Origin: Lama guanicoe
Taxonomy: Eukaryota
DNA: 64,000 nucleotides
Reading direction: 5' to 3'
Assembly: GCA_013239625.1 (NCBI GenBank)
Contig: MU053810.1
Location: 4,124,071-4,188,070, forward strand
The notes below the pieces were generated by a model. That model worked only from the letters and a program-made list of their open reading frames with translations, had not been told where the DNA came from and searched no databases. The translations under genes were made by a program, and so were the position numbers. Shown one piece after another: positions 61,886 through 64,000 of this stretch; the first letter of the stretch is position 1, and every line of letters begins with the position of its first letter.

Positions 61886-63304
61886 CCATGCTGTCAAGCA
61901 GGATAATACAGATCACCGCAGCCTACTGAATAGTTATAGATGGCTGGAAGTGCGCTAAGGTTAGAGTCCTCAAATCACAAGCCCATTTGGGAGTGGGATG
62001 GCTAGAGAGGTTGGTTTCTTTATTCTTACATTGTTTCTGATAGATCTGAAGTCAGAGCAAAGATACATACCATGAAAGTAGAAACAGGGATAAGAAAAAA
62101 AAAAAAAGAACCAATGATGAGGTTGGTATACAAAACGTATGCTAGGGAATCCTCTACCTTTGGAGATGTGGACCAGAAAATCGGGCTGTGAGCTCACTTG
62201 CAGCCAATGCAAAGCTAAAACATCATCAGCGACGTGTCTGATTCACTGTGTCCACAATCTGAAAACAAAGCAGCTCTTCAGGGAAAGTGCAGCTTATCCT
62301 GATAATGGGACCCAGATCCTCACTGCAATGATCACAGAGAATTACATAGAAATCCCCTTAAAATATATGTATCTTTTCAAAAATGTTTTCATATGGGCTT
62401 TCTGGCTTTCTTGAGCTGTGTTTTAGTGTCAAAGCCATCATGCTCAGGCTTTCCTATTGGTTTCCCTAAGTTCTCTTTCTTTCCATTTTATTCCACTGCT
62501 ATATGATTCAATAAGTACAGAATAAATATGCATTCTCTCCCTCCCCACTTTCCATCCTCAATAGAAAGCATGTTGGTAGTAGTTAAATATCTGTGACTGC
62601 CTTTGACATAGCCCTTCATCTATTAACTATCTTACTACTTACAAGAACAGTTTTATTTCTCATTTTTCTTTTTCAAAATTTTTAAATGTGGTTTACAGGG
62701 TAGCAGAAATATTGTGAAAAGTCATTTGTTTATAAGTAAGTTTTGTGTCACGGGGAAATGTTTCATGATTCAGGATTTGTCCCAAGTTTGTTTTTCCTGT
62801 GTTTAATATAATTCTTAAAAATAAAATAAAATAATTCTTTTTGCTTGTTTTGTTATTCATCACAAGCTTATAACAGTTTTTTAAATTGCATTATTTTTTC
62901 GTTACTGATAAACCCTTTATCTGGGGTGAAGACTATGTGGGTGTAGAAACATCAAGACTGGTTTGATTTGGAATAAATTTACAGAGATGGAAAGTTCCTA
63001 TTCTATACTTTAAAAAAAAACAAACCAAAATCTGTTTAGAGAAAGATGATTGATAGGTTTTCTCTTTGTTAAAAAGGACATTATTCTTTACAATATTTTC
63101 TTACAGCAATCGCAAGGTTTATACAGATAAGTATTTAATAAATAGTTTTGGAGCATCTTGAGAAGCCTATCAGGAGCCATATAACTCAGAGAGAGAGAGA
63201 GAGATAAAGAGAGAAGAGACGGTAGGAAGGAAAGAAAAGAAAATACAAACTTAATTAAAGACAAAGACCTTCTTCCCTTTAAGAAACTTATTTATTTAGA
63301 ATGT

Positions 63305-63885
63305 TCACAAAAAATAAGTGTTGGTGTTTGATGGTTCCTCAAAAAAAAAGCGAACATAGAATTACCCTGTGACCCCACATTTCCATTCCTAGGTGTATAC
63401 TCCAAGGAACTGAAAACAGATGCTCAGATAAATACATGCACACACGTTCACAGCAGCATTATTCACAGTAGCCAGAAGGTGGAAACAGCCCAGGTGTCTG
63501 GCAGTGGATGCAGGGATACACGGTTGTGGCATTTACATACAATGGAATGTTATTCAGGAAGGAGTGAAGGAGTGATGCATGCTACCACCTGGACAAACCT
63601 CCAGTACATTCTGGTGAGTGAAAGAAGCCAGACCTCAAAGGTTCCATATTGTATGATTTCATCTAAATGAAATATTCAGAATAGGTAAATCCATAGAGAC
63701 CAGATCCAGGTTGGTGGTTGCTAGGGATGGGGGGGAAGGATGAACGGGAAGCAACTGCATCATGGGTGGGAGGTTTAACTTTGGAATGACGGAAGTGTTT
63801 TGCAGCTAGAGTGAACCAGTGGTTGCACAACACTGTGAATGGACCCCATGCCATTGAATCATCCACTTTAAAATGGTTAACTTTA
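63305..63885 (+). mobile_element. L1MA/MB-type 3' end
   Basis: 'aacatagaattaccctgtgaccc...gcagcattattcacagtagcc...gaataggtaaatccatagagac...ggttgcacaacactgtgaat...cactttaaaatggttaa'. Confidence 0.8.
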
Positions 63886-63964
63886 GGGGAGGAGGGTATA
63901 GCTCAGTGGTAGAGTCCATGCTTAGCATGCACAAAGCCATGAGTTCAATCCCCAGTACCTCTGA

Positions 63965-63999
<35 letters not shown>
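63886..63999 (+). mobile_element. tRNA-Ala-derived SINE with (TAAA)n tail
   Basis: ggggaggagggtatagctcagtggtagagtccatgcttagcatgcacaaagccatgagttcaatccccagtacctc followed by (TAAA)n to the end of the window. Confidence 0.85.
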
Positions 64000-64000
64000 A

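Noticed and set aside
1..63999. CRISPR array, operon or prokaryote-type defence system (for example SNF2 helicase plus reverse transcriptase)
   Set aside because: The sequence is mammalian. The helicase is a SMARCAL1 retrocopy, the RT-related pieces are L1 fragments, and no repeat-spacer array is present.

Overview
Mammalian genomic DNA, most likely camelid (alpaca, llama or camel). This is inferred from four tRNA-Ala(AGC)-derived SINEs and a young L1 family sharing one 3' UTR. The window is repeat-rich (old and young L1, L2, MIR, ERVL/MaLR LTRs, MER3) and contains no intact protein-coding exon that I can recognise. It holds three processed pseudogenes within about 33 kb: a 5'-truncated, unusually CpG-rich ezrin (EZR) copy (~21.4-22.5 kb, minus), a full-length AP1M2 copy with TSDs (~28.8-30.5 kb, plus), and a SMARCAL1 copy (~51.0-54.9 kb, minus) that has lost its 3' end and is split by a young L1 flanked by a ~56-59 bp duplication. 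A CpG island at ~42-44.8 kb, with a perfect CRE, an ATG-free stretch and a consensus splice donor, looks like the promoter and non-coding first exon of an unidentified plus-strand gene whose intron 1 would fill the rest of the window. I found no evidence of a new multi-gene system. The most interesting signals are the EZR copy apparently gaining rather than losing CpGs, the very long L1 target-site duplication with asymmetric CpG decay, and the 362-codon open ATPase segment of the SMARCAL1 copy lying antisense in the putative intron. Repeat family names and parent-gene comparisons come from recalled sequences, not database searches.
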